A stretch of 64,000 nucleotides of DNA from Azolla caroliniana. Lineage: Eukaryota > Plantae > Polypodiophyta. This document shows positions 34,581 to 46,823 of the stretch, piece by piece. The translations under genes and the position numbers were made by a program. The stretch lies in NCBI GenBank assembly GCA_043228905.1, contig JBHGNT010000006.1:19964001-20028000 (forward strand), in the 5' to 3' direction. Numbering within the stretch: the stretch's first letter is position 1; every line of letters starts with the position of its first letter. The notes under the pieces were generated by a model. The model was not told where the DNA came from, did no database searches, and saw only the letters and a list, made by a program, of their open reading frames with translations.

Positions 34581-35365
34581 AGGGGGAGTTTGTTGGGAGA
34601 CAGGTCCCTCCGGATGGGAAGAGAGAAGAACAAAACCGGATGAGGAGTACCCGGCTACGGAGAGCCGGATGGTGTAGACCCGGTGAGAACCGGATGAGGA
34701 GTACCCGGCTACGGAGAGCCGGATGGTGCAGACCCGGTGAGATCCGGATGAGGAGTACCCGGCTACGGAGAGCCGGATGGTGCAGACCCGGTGAGATCCG
34801 GATGAGGAGTACCCGGCTATGGAGAGTCGGATGGTGCAGACCCGGTGAGGAATGCTCACCGGACGAAGAGACATATTCGTAAATATGTTTCTGAGAGCCC
34901 ATCGAGGCTATATTTGTAAATAGCCGAAAAGTCATATTAGTATAAATATGACTTAGGGCAAACTTATAGTAGTTGTTGTTATTCTTGTTTGTGCAAGAAT
35001 AGAGTGAGCGCATAACAGTGTACAGAGAGAGAGAGAGAGCAAGAGGTCGTTGCCTCTGTTGTAACCGTCGCTTGTGGCGAGGATCGTGAGCACGAGGTCG
35101 TTGCCTCCGTGAACTCACTGTTGTACATTCTAGCATAGTGATAGTTTGCAGCCTGTGGGCTGTCGTGGTTTTTTTTTTCCCTCCTTGGGTTTTCCACGTA
35201 AACATCCTGTGTACTCTTCTCCTCTTTGTGTCGTGCTTTCATTTCCCGTTTTCTGTGCATGAATCTAAGCTCGGTTGTGGCCGAGCATTGCGTATAAGGA
35301 GCGTTGAGTTCTTGACACTGTTGTGCAAAGCATCAGGAACAACTAGCACTCTCCCATCCTATTCC

Positions 35366-38319
35366 ATGAGTATGAAAATTGTAACATGGAATGTCCAAGG
35401 ACTCAGGAGTCGACTAGACCAGCAAAACATATGGAAACTGAGAAGGGATCTTGAGGAATATACATTAGGGGGTGCTGGTGACATAATCATGTTGTGGGAA
35501 CACCACCTCGATAGTACTCGTTCAAAGTCGGAGACATTCTACGAGGATCATGGTGAACAATTTGGGAGCCAGCAATAAGGGAGGATGGAAATCATGGTGC
35601 TATTTGCACTTTGATCTAGGAACATCTAGCCCAAGGCTTAATACATCAAGAATCACTTATACCTGGTAGGGCACATTTTTGCATGTTGGCCATCCAAGGG
35701 CAACGGTAGAATTTCATGAATGTTTATGCTCCAAATAGCAGCACAAAAAGGGCAACATTCTGGGAGCGCATTTGCTTACAAGTACCAGGTGTGGAGGACT
35801 GGTGCATTGGAGGGGATTTTAATATGATTGAATCCCTTCATGATAGCTCTAGCATCAATCCCATAGTTATACAAGGGAATGAAAACAATGGGAGAAGTTA
35901 TGTCTACACCTTAACCTGAGAGATCTATGGCATTCGGACAACTTCCAACGAAAAAGTTACTCACTCTTATTCTCCCGTTCAGATGGGCAAAATAGTGGAA
36001 CCACCCTATCTCGCATTGACCACATTTATGTAGGCGAGGCCCTAGAAGCGAAGGGAGGGTGGTGCCGCATAACTCCAAGCACGACTTTCTCCGACCATCA
36101 CCCTGTAATTGGTCATTTTCAATTACACCGAAAGTGGGGCCCATTTCAACCTCGAATCCCATACACTATCTACACCATCACAGAGGTGAAGGAACAACTC
36201 GTCAACGAATGGTCATTACCGGTCAATGCCTCATTAGCTTCTGACAAACTTCTAGCTAAATTAACAAGAGCTTCAACTCTACTACACAAGATTGTCAAGA
36301 CTAGAAGCAAGGAAGCTTAGGAAAAGTGACAGAGAACAAAACGGAGACTAATAGTCTTACAACGACTCCAACAGAGATACCCGGCATGTAGTTGGAATGC
36401 GGGACAGGTTGTCATGGCCAAACATGAACTCACCATGGCGGAAAAGAAAATCTATGGCATGGAGTTTCATGGAAACATGGCTCGATGGATTCGAGTAGGG
36501 GACAAATCCACAATGGATTTCTTCCGATCCAAGGAACTGAGGCACCCTAGAACAATGATGCGTAGCCTCAACCGAGAGGATGGAACAATCATGGAGGATG
36601 GCGACGAAATGAGGATTATTGCCACGAGTTACTACAAGCGACTACTTACCGAAGATCATATGGCCACAGGGGACGACACACGAGAAGATATTATCCTCCA
36701 GAGCATACCCACGAAAGTCACGATGGAAATGAATACATGGCTCGTGTGTCCCTTATCAACCATGATTCGAGATATGGGAGGCCTCTCCGAATTGGATGCA
36801 GATAGTTGCCCCGGAATCGATGGCCTCACTCCTCACTTTTTCACGTGCCTTTGGGACACTATTAAAAAAGACCTCCTCCAGGCATAAGAGGAGATCATCA
36901 CCTCTGGAAACATGCCAGAGGAATTTGGACAGGGGATGATACATCTCATTCCTAAAAGTGGTGGGAGTGCCAACGACATTAGTAAGCGGCGGCCAAAAAC
37001 TCTTCTCAATATTGTCTATAAGTTGATGGCAAAAACCGTGGCACGTCGCTTAGCACCACTTCTCCCTCAACTCATTCATCAGTCCCAGATAGGTTTCGTT
37101 AGAAATCGGAGCATCCTAGACAACCTTTTCTCGTTTTGGGAAGCATTAGCCCTTGCCAAGCGTACCAACAACAAGGTAGTTGTGGTGCCCCTAGATTTTG
37201 AGAAAGCATATGACAAGGTATGCTGGAACTTTCTAGAAAGTGTGATGGGGAAACTCGGCTTTCAAGAGTCATGGATTCAAGGCATTGCAATACTTTATAG
37301 GAATGCTAGCAATTGTGTTTCATTAGTAGGTGAAAGGGGCCCCATCTTCCGACTATCGCGGTCTGTATGACAGGGATCTCCACTGGCTCCATCCTTATTT
37401 TTATTATACGCCGAAGCACTCTCTAGCTTTCTCAACTCACGACAACTAACCTACGTGGTCTTCGTGTGCCGCATTCTCACCAAAGCCTCCTGGATATAGA
37501 ATTTGCAGATGACACCGCAATCTACCTACAAGGGGACTTGGAAAATCTACAAAAGCTAGAAAGTGGTTTAGACGTATTTTGCAAGAGATCCAATGCCATG
37601 ATCAATTGGCACAAATCCTGTGCAAGATGGCTCTCTCATGAAGCACATCCTACGTAGCACCCCCATCCTACTTTCAAGTGGATCAATCAAGGAGTGAGCA
37701 CCAAATATTTAGGTTTCCAAATTGGGTTCAACATACCTCCAGAGACTATGATTGCACTAGTTATTCACTCCATTCAACAAAAGTTGATACATTGGAGTTC
37801 GAAGAAACTCTCACTAGCGGGGCACATCATAGTGGCAAATCAGGTATTACTCACAACAGTGTGGTACAGCCTATCATGTTGGACAATCTCCAAGGAAAGT
37901 ATACACCAAATTCAGCGATTGGTAGCAACTACATTTGGTTTGGTAAGGAAGATCATGCAACTCAGGCCAAGGTGGTGTGGCCTATACTCACTACACCTAA
38001 GTCGAGAGGAGGATTGGGTCTTATTGATCCCCTCTCACAATCAAAAGCCCTACTCGCCAAATTTGTGGTGCGAGGACTCCAACCCAAGAATGATTGCTGG
38101 AAAATGTTGTTGCGGTTATGGTTCGCGTACTTTGAGCCAAAAATCAGGGCCAATTGGGACCCCCAAACTGAATGGATTCTAAACATGGAGCTCAAACATA
38201 GTTTCTCCGCCCAATTGGAGGATAGATTCAGTGCATCCATGTGGAAGGTGTGGTGTAACATCATACGAGGGCTCAAGTGCGCTCAACCTAACTCTGAACC
38301 TGCTTGGCTTAGTCAAGGT
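35366..38319 (+). pseudogene. LINE ORF2 (endonuclease-reverse transcriptase) pseudogene
   Basis: Collinear EN and RT motif fragments spread across several frames. Confidence 0.87.
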
Positions 38320-38723
38320 TGTCGTAGTGTAATTCACACACTAGGTGAAATATGTAAAAAATATATCTGATTTAAGTACGCATAAATAAATAAAAGAAAA
38401 TATTAAAAGTATTGTTACATTCATAGGGCAAGATTCAAACCTTGTACATCCATGTAAACAAACCCAAACTTTACCATTGTACTAACTTATCATAAGTGAT
38501 CTAAATCTAGATTTAATAGGTATAATAGTTATATTTGCGCCTATTTTTACAAAAAAGTAAATCATGCACTTTTAGAGTGCGTGAAAACTTTATTTGGAAG
38601 AAAAACGCAAGCCAATTACTCATGCACATCTAGCGTGCATGAGCACTATATTTAGGAAATAAAAAAAACATGGTTGAAAAAGGCAACTCATGCACATCTA
38701 GTGTGCATGAACACTTTAGGAAA

Positions 38724-39556
38724 AAGCATGAGTATTAGAGACATGTACTAAAGTAAGCATTAGATAAGGATAGATCTAGGTATATAGAAAGAAAGGAGAG
38801 AGAGAAAGAAGGGTGTCGATCCACCCGACCACCCCCGAACGAAGGGATCGAGACGGACTCGAGCCTCGATCGGCGTCCCATACCACCGTCGTGGCGTCGA
38901 GTCGTACCTGGTGCTGGCGCGCTCGCTACAAGAGTTGACCCACCACAAGACAGAGTCTCAACGTAGTCAACAAGATAATGAAATGAGGGGAGCTAGGCCT
39001 CTATTTATAGCGATACCCAAGGCCCCCAGCCATGTTCACACTTGGCCTAATGGGTTGTCTCAATCCCGGGGATTTAAAAGTAATCCTCCCTTTCTTTACA
39101 CTCTCGTTTGACCCTCACACTTATCCACGTGCATAGAAGCATGAGTATTAGAGACATGTACTAAAGTAAGCATTAGATAAGGATAGATCTAGGTATATAG
39201 AAAGAAAGGAGAGAGAGAAAGAAGGGTGTCGATCCACCCGACCACCCCCGAACGAAGGGATCGAGACGGACTCGAGCCTCGATCGGCGTCCCATACCACC
39301 GTCGTGGCGTCGAGTCGTACCTGGTGCTGGCGCGCTCGCTACAAGAGTTGACCCACCACAAGACAGAGTCTCGACGTAGTCAACAAGATAATGAAATGAG
39401 GGGAGCTAGGCCTCTATTTATAGCGATACCCAAGGCCCCCAGCCATGTTCACACTTGGCCTAATGGGTTGTCTCAATCCCGGGGATTTAAAAGTAATCCT
39501 CCCTTTCTTTACACTCTCGTTTGACCCTCACACTTATCCACGTGCATAGAATACTA
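38724..39556. repeat. 413-bp tandem duplication of the chromovirus 3' LTR plus host flank
   Basis: Units start TATTAGAGAC at 38733 and 39146, each preceded by AAGCATGAG. Confidence 0.92.
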
Positions 39557-42500
39557 CCCCTCTTTAAAACATTGCACTCTTGCAATGGAAAGTTAGGGAA
39601 GTTAATTCTGAGAGTACTTTCATGTTCCCATGTGGCATCTTTTATTGATTTATCCATCCATTTTATTTTAAATTCTCGAATTTCTTTAGTACGTAATTTT
39701 TTTGTTTTAACATCGAGAATTCTTTCTGGTACATGTGGTTTAGAAGATAATTCTTCAAAAGTAACCAGAGTTTCAGTTGTAACTGTATTGTCGCCAAAAC
39801 CTAGAAGTTCTTTTAGACGACTCACATGAAAGACTGGATGAATTCCAACACCATCGGGAAGAGCGAGACGATAGGCTGATGACCCAATGCGTTTGAGGAC
39901 TGTAAATGGTCCACAAAACCGTGGGGCTAACTCAGCGCACTTACCCGTAGACAATGTCTTAGAATTGTGAGGTACACGTAAAAATACCTTCTGTCCAGGG
40001 TTAAATACACGAGGTTGCCTATTATGATCGGCATAAAAACGCGCTCTATCTTGAGCTGTTTTTATATTATCTCGTGCAATATGCAACATATCTTGCATAT
40101 CCCGAAGAAAGTTTTGCGTACTTCGCAACTCATCATGATGTATATTAACATCAATCCGGGCTCATGGCTGAAAACCATACATCAACATAAAAGGACTATA
40201 TCCCGTCGACGTATGCTTGGAGCTGTTATAAGCAAACTCCAAAATTGGGAGATAACGTTCCCATTTTGTTGGTTTTGCACCAACATATACTCGAAGCATG
40301 TCCTCAATAATTTGATTTACTCGTTCTGTCTGTCCATCGGATTAAGGATGATCTGTGGAGCTCATGCTCAACGTAGTTTCTAACTTCTTAAAGACTTGCG
40401 TCTAGAAGTCACTAGTAAATTTTGGATCTCCATCACTCACGATATCCATCAGTAACCCATAAAAATGAAATAACTCGTCAACGAATTGGTAAGCCAATTC
40501 AGGAGCTGTTACCGTGGTTTTAGTAGCAATAAATCTGGCCATTTTAGTTAGTCGATCAACCACAACCCAAATGGCATCATGGTCTTTTTGGGTGCGAGGA
40601 AGGCTAACAATAAAATCCATGGATATACTTTCCCACTTATTATTGGGAATGTTTGAGGGATGTAAAAGTTCTGCGGCTTTAAGTCGCTCGGCTTTGTTAA
40701 CCTGACATTGGTGACATTTAGTCACATAGTTATGTATGTCAGGGTGCATCTTAGGCCAATAAAATTGAGTGGAGATGAGAACGAGTGTACGATGTATTCC
40801 AAGTTGCCCTACTGAGGGTGCATCATGGCATTCAAAGAGAATCCTCTTTTTGACCTTTGGGTAAATCTGGAACACAAACCTTCCCATTACGGTAGAGCAA
40901 ATTGTTAGCAATGTGGAAGTATTCCTTCGAGGATGTGGTGGTCTCTATTCCAGACTAAACTCTTGCCTAGTATTTTGCAAAATAATTGTCATCAGGATAC
41001 TTTCCTCGAAGGTGATCATAAAGATCTGATGTTATTTCAGTGAAGTTAAGCATGTTAACTTCACGGATGCGACTTAGTGCATCAGCGACAGTATTCATGG
41101 AACCTTTACGATATCGTATGGAAAAATCAAAGTCCTGGATGAGATCAGCCCATCGTGCCTTATGACCTTTCAGGTCTTGTTGGTCACAAAAATATTTCAA
41201 GGACTCGTGGTTCGTAGTTACCACAAAGCGATTTCCATAAAGATAATGGCGCCATGTTTTGAGCGCATGTATAATTGCAAATAATTCCTTTTCTTGAACG
41301 GTATACCGACATTGAGCAGAATCAAGTTTCTTACTCTCGAATGTTATTGGTTTACCATCTTGATATAAGACAACACCTATAGCATAATCGCTTGCATCGG
41401 TTTCAACCTCAAAAGGTTTTGAAGGATCGGGTAAAAGAAGTGAAGGAGCCTTGCATACCAGGTCCTTGAGTTCCTTAAAGGCGAGGTCTAGTGTAGCATT
41501 CCACACAATAGGTTTTGTAGATTTACACGTTTGACCTTTTAGAAGATCAGTAAACGGCGTCGTCAATTGGGAGTAATTACGAAGGGATTTTTGCAAAAAC
41601 TCAACAAAACCAAGGAATGATCGAACTTCTCGAATATTCCGAAGAGTGGGCCAAAGCTTGATTTTCTCGATGCGAGAAGGATCAATTTCAACTCCTCGTT
41701 CGGTATGAGATGTCCAAGATAAGTAATTGATTTCTTGAAGAACTCACATTTTGAGATCTTCGCATAAAATTGTTTGTCACGCAATGTTTGTAAAACAAAG
41801 CGGACATGTTTAGCATGTTCTTGTAATGTACGACTATAAACTAAAATATCATCCAAGAAAATAACGACAAATTTGCCAAGTTGTTCTCGGAAAATGTCAT
41901 TCATTTCTTGTTGAAATGTAGCCGGAGCATTGGTTAAACCAAAAGGCATAACCAAAAACTCATAATGTCCATAGCGCGTACAAAATGCCGTTATAGGAAC
42001 ATCGTCCTCACTTATACGAATTTGATGGTAGCCAGTACGGAGATCAAGTTTCGTAAAATACCGAGCTCCCTAAAGACGGTCAATTAGATCATCAGCCCGG
42101 GGCAATGGATACGAATTCTTGATTGTCACTTTATTCAAGCATCGGTAATTAATACACATACGCCATGTGCCCTCTTTCTTTTTAACCAAGAGAACTGGTG
42201 CACCCCATGGAGATTTACTATAACGTATATTGCCCATTCATAAATAGTCCTTGAGTTGCTTAGATACCTCATCCTCTTCGGATCGACTTAAACGATAAGG
42301 AGGTATACTTATTGGTGCAACACCAGGTACAATATCTATATGATGGTCTATATTACGTCTAGGAGGTAAGTCATCTGGTAGTTCACTCGGAAAAACATCA
42401 CGAAAATCATTTAAGATTTCATCAAGTTGTTGTTGTTCAAAATATGTTAATTGAACCGAGACATTATCGATATTGTAAACGTGAATGTCCGAATCAAGTA

Positions 42501-45500
42501 CACAATAAAATAGAGTAGAACAAGACAACTCGGATATTGATGGACACGAGGAAACAATCGAGAGGGATTGTTTTTTTACACATTGAATAAAATGAGTACA
42601 ATCGTTCAGTACAAATGTAATTGAATGATGAACCCAATCAATAGATAAAGAAGAGTTTTTATTATAAAACCAGGGATAACCCAGTATTACATCGATGGTA
42701 CAAAGATTCATTACATGGAAGTCTACTTCCTCTATATAAGTGTCAATAGAAATTCCTAATGAATGAATCGCCCCATTGATGTATTGTACTCTTCCATCAG
42801 CCAAGGGCACCGTGTAGGTGTGATCACTTACGGTGGGTTGGATACCCATATCTAAACCAAACGATCATTCACAAAGTTGTGTGAGCTTCCCGAATCAAAT
42901 AAAAATTGTATGGGAGATCCATTGATATACCCGTTTGCACGTAGTAAATCATTGGGACCCAATACATAGTGAGGGAAAGAACATTGACAATTACTTAAAT
43001 GATGTGTATAGACCTGAAGGACATTGACCTTTATGGTCTGCAGCTTTATCTTTGTTGTCGTGCTCTTTCTGTTGGAGCTTTCGACATTGCTCTTTTGAAT
43101 GACCCTTCTTTTTGCAGAATACGCAAAAAGGATGTTGTCACTTACAATCGTGATCCATGAATTCGTTGGGTGTCTTACGTTGTCGTGCCTTTCGGCTCCG
43201 GTTCGTTGCTTGAATCGGGTGGGAACCACTGAGGTTTTGGACTAGGAGAAAAGAAAATTCTAAGATAATTAAGAATATGAAATATATGGTAAGAAAGAAA
43301 GATATGAAAAACTCGTGAATCCCACGAGTATAATGTACTAATTGATACTTAGAATGTAAGAGAGAAATAGATGGCAAAATCGTGAATCCCACGAATATTT
43401 TTTTATTAATCAATCCCCCATACATCTTTCTCTCCTCCTTATATAAGGATGGAAGAGGCTAAGCATAGCTTCATGCTTTTTCTAAAGTGTTCATGCACAC
43501 TAAATGTGCATGAGTTGCCTTTTTACACTATGCTTTTATTTCCTAAATATAGTGCTCATGCTCGCTAGATGTGCACGAGTCATTTTTTATTGGTGTACAT
43601 TTTTCTTATAAATAAAGTATTCACGCATTCTAAAAAATGCATGACTTACCTTTTAATAAAGGTAGGCGTAAATAAAGGTCTTATATATATTAAATCTATA
43701 TTTAAAACACTTAAGATAAGTTGGTACAATGGTAAGGTTGGGGTTTGTCTACGTGGAGGTATAGGGTTTGAATCTTACCTTATGCACGTAATAAATATTT
43801 TTAATATTTTATTTTATTTATTATACGTACTTTAAATTGGATATAGTATTTTACATATTTCACGTAGTGTGTGATTCACACTACGACAACGTTTCCCAAC
43901 GAATTGCGACTACTTAGTCTCGGGCGCTTCGTTGGGTTTATTGTGGTCCTTCTTCGAAGTGTGTTGATAGCGAAGAACTATTTCAACGGCCTCTTCGAAG
44001 GATTTTGGATCCTTATCGTGCACTATCCAGTGATAGTCCGAATTGGGGATGCCATTGACAAAACAAGCTATTAACCAATTGTCCCCTTCTAGACCTGATT
44101 TTTGGATTTGGGTTCTAGCATGGTGAACATAGTCTTCTAGTGAGGAAAACTTCCTACTAGAGAGGTTCATTAAAGCTTGTGCTGCCTCGGTTCGAGAGGG
44201 AGGTTGCAGAAATTGGCCCTTAAAAACTATGACAAAATCTGTCTAGTTATCGGGCAATTTCCCCAAAGTACGGAGCCCACACCACCAAGCGGCGGCCTTA
44301 CCCCCTAGTTCTCGGCCGACATATGCAATCTTCATACTATCTAGCGTGGGATAGAGCTCAAAATGAGACTCCCATCGGCCCAGCCACGTGTAGATTGCTT
44401 CTTCGGTTCTTTCCTTTTTGTCTCCTATAAATGGCTTAACGACAAACGATGGTTCACCCTGTCGCTCATCAGGTCTATTAGTCTCACATTGTAGACTAAT
44501 AACACATGCCTCGAGAGCACTTTGAGATTGCCGAAGTTCGGTCATCTGTTGAGCGATAAAACTAAGGTATTGGGTTATTTGCGAAAAATACATCTCAATG
44601 GACATTTGTCTAGGAGGATTCCCTTGACTTCCTTCCGCTTGAGCGGATGACATTGGGTCGTTATTTTGAGCCATTAAATGATTATTTCTGGAAAAGAAAT
44701 AGGATAAGGTCAGAGAGATACTCATAACATCATCTCATGATGTAAACATATCATGGGCAAACATTAATCGATATCATGATCTCACGTCAATACCCCTCTA
44801 GGCATATTAGATGAGGTTCAAGATCAGGTTACTATGGTAACACAAAGGTGTTTTAAAAACCATGGGGTGACAAATGAATGTCTTTCCCTGATCTCTATAT
44901 CGATTTTATATGGCGGCTCCCCGAGGGTCAACCATGTATGTTCGCGTCATGAATAGTTTATACACGAAAAAAAATGTTAACAATAAACTATGTTTCGGTG
45001 CCCACATATGTGGTTTCGGCTCTTTAAGTCCTATTACGAGGACCCCGAAGTGCACTTAGACCTTAAGTCTAAACATGTGTTATAGTCATATGTATCAACG
45101 ATGTTGTATGGTCTTGGTCATATTTAAACTCGAGACCTCGAGAACAAATGCATTAAACACTTGAGCCAACCAAGTAGGTTGCTCTTCTTGAATGTTTAAT
45201 GTTTAATGCATATAAGAGATATGTGAGGCATTTGCCCATATAGGTTGTTTTAAAAGAAACATATATGTCAAGAGTCCTTATTTCGCCCTCATTTACTACA
45301 ACTATGTTGGTACGTTATCTAACCTCAAGTCTCGTAATTACGATGGCATACGCCAAAGTGCAACCTAATGGTCAAGCCAAATGAGCCCTCTTTTCGTAGT
45401 AGGCCCACGTGGCCCATCACATGGTCACGTCATTACGAATGCCTCTCGTAAGAATGATCTCATGGTGGCATCGTATCCTTGTAATGAGGGAGGGATGTTG

Positions 45501-46823
45501 GATACGTGTACCATAAGAGCGACCTCACATGAACTAGGTCAAACCCTACGTACTCAACATCATTATGGCTTTTGGCGTTTCTTTACGTAACGAAATATCG
45601 AAGTCACCAACGGGGATTTCAACAATAAAAAATTGTTGAAAGAAGGGATGGTGACAACACGATTCTCACAAAAATGTGAGGACGGCCACCAAGAACCTTT
45701 CCCTGAAAAGGAAAACATTCAATTTAAAATCATGTAATAACTTATATACACATATGTATATTATCACATATATACGATCAACTACATATACACGTGACCA
45801 CATATGCCTATATTAAAGAAATCGTTATATATAATAGCCAAAAATGACATAATCGAGATACGTAATCGAGGCATATACCTCTACGCACACGAGACATAAA
45901 AAAATCAGGGTTAATCGTAATACGCAATTGAGGTATTGACCTCTTACGCATATGAGACCAAACGCATATCATTTACAACGAATCGAGGTGTTGACCTCAT
46001 ACGCAAACGTAACATATGTTCGTGAACGTAATACGTAATTGAGGTATTAACCTCGTACACATACGACACTCATCACATATTATTTATATGTCAAACGAGG
46101 TATTGACCTCGTGCACATATGTAAGCGTTTTAGATAACCAATTAAATACCACTACAACATCATTTAATTAATGAAAATAATCTTCATATTAACCATACAC
46201 ATGATTAGATGGGAGAAGAAAAAATAGACAAAAAATAACAAGAAAGATTACCGAAGTTCCTTGTTGATCCTTGTCTACATGAAGGCCAACCGCACAACGA
46301 TGGATCGCCATCCATCGAGAAGATAAGACCAACAAAAGAAACATTAGTACATAGGCTCGGATACCAAATATTAGAGACATGTACTAAAGTAAGCATTAGA
46401 TAAGGATAGATTTAGGTAGATAGAAAGAAAGGAGAGAGAGAAAGAAGGGTGCTGATCCACCCGACCACCCCCGAACGAAGGGATCGAGACGGACTCGAGC
46501 CTCGATCGGCGTCCCATACCACCGTTGTGGCGTCGAGTCGTACCTGGTGCTGGCGCGCTCGCTACAAGAGTTGACCCACCACAAGACAGAGTCTCGACGT
46601 AGTCAACAAGATAATGAAATGAGGGTAGCTAGGCCTCTATTTATAGTGATACCCAAGGCCCCAGCCATGTTCACACTTGGCCTAATGGGTTGTCTCAATC
46701 TCGAGGATTTAAAAGTAATCCTCCCTTTCTTTACACTCTCGTTTAACCCTCACACTTATCCACGTGCATAGAATACTACGATAAATTCTCACCATGGGAT
46801 ATTATATGGTCATGCCCATAACA
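38733..46823 (-). mobile_element. Chromodomain-bearing Ty3/Gypsy (chromovirus), decayed, TSD ATGAG
   Basis: 5' LTR 46369-46823 and PBS TGGTATCCGAGC ~46355-46366. gag 43910-44725, [25 protein letters not shown], RNase H ETDAS, IN with GPF motif, C-terminal chromodomain (PERILD..KIKW..ATWE), PPT AAAGAGGGG. The 3' LTR is duplicated at 38733-39556. Confidence 0.93.
43181..43888 (-). mobile_element. Solo LTR (Trp-primed Gypsy family) inserted in the chromovirus gag, TSD ACGT
   Basis: TGTCGTGCC...CTACGACA termini, ACGT at 43177-43180 and 43889-43892, homologous to the LTRs of element A and the intact element. Confidence 0.93.

Larger units (their letters stand above)
29784..35317 (+). mobile_element. 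Full-length Ty1/Copia element 2 (Tnt1/Tork-like), TSD CTGTT
   Basis: LTRs 29784-30506 and 34591-35317 (TGTTGGG...TGACA), PBS TGGTATCAGAGC 30509-30520, PPT GAAGGGGGAG, and TSD CTGTT on both sides. Confidence 0.96.

Noticed and set aside
34372-35205. 277-aa minus-strand ORF over the Copia 2 LTR
   Set aside because: It arises from the in-frame 54-bp repeats and is broken differently in the other LTR copy.
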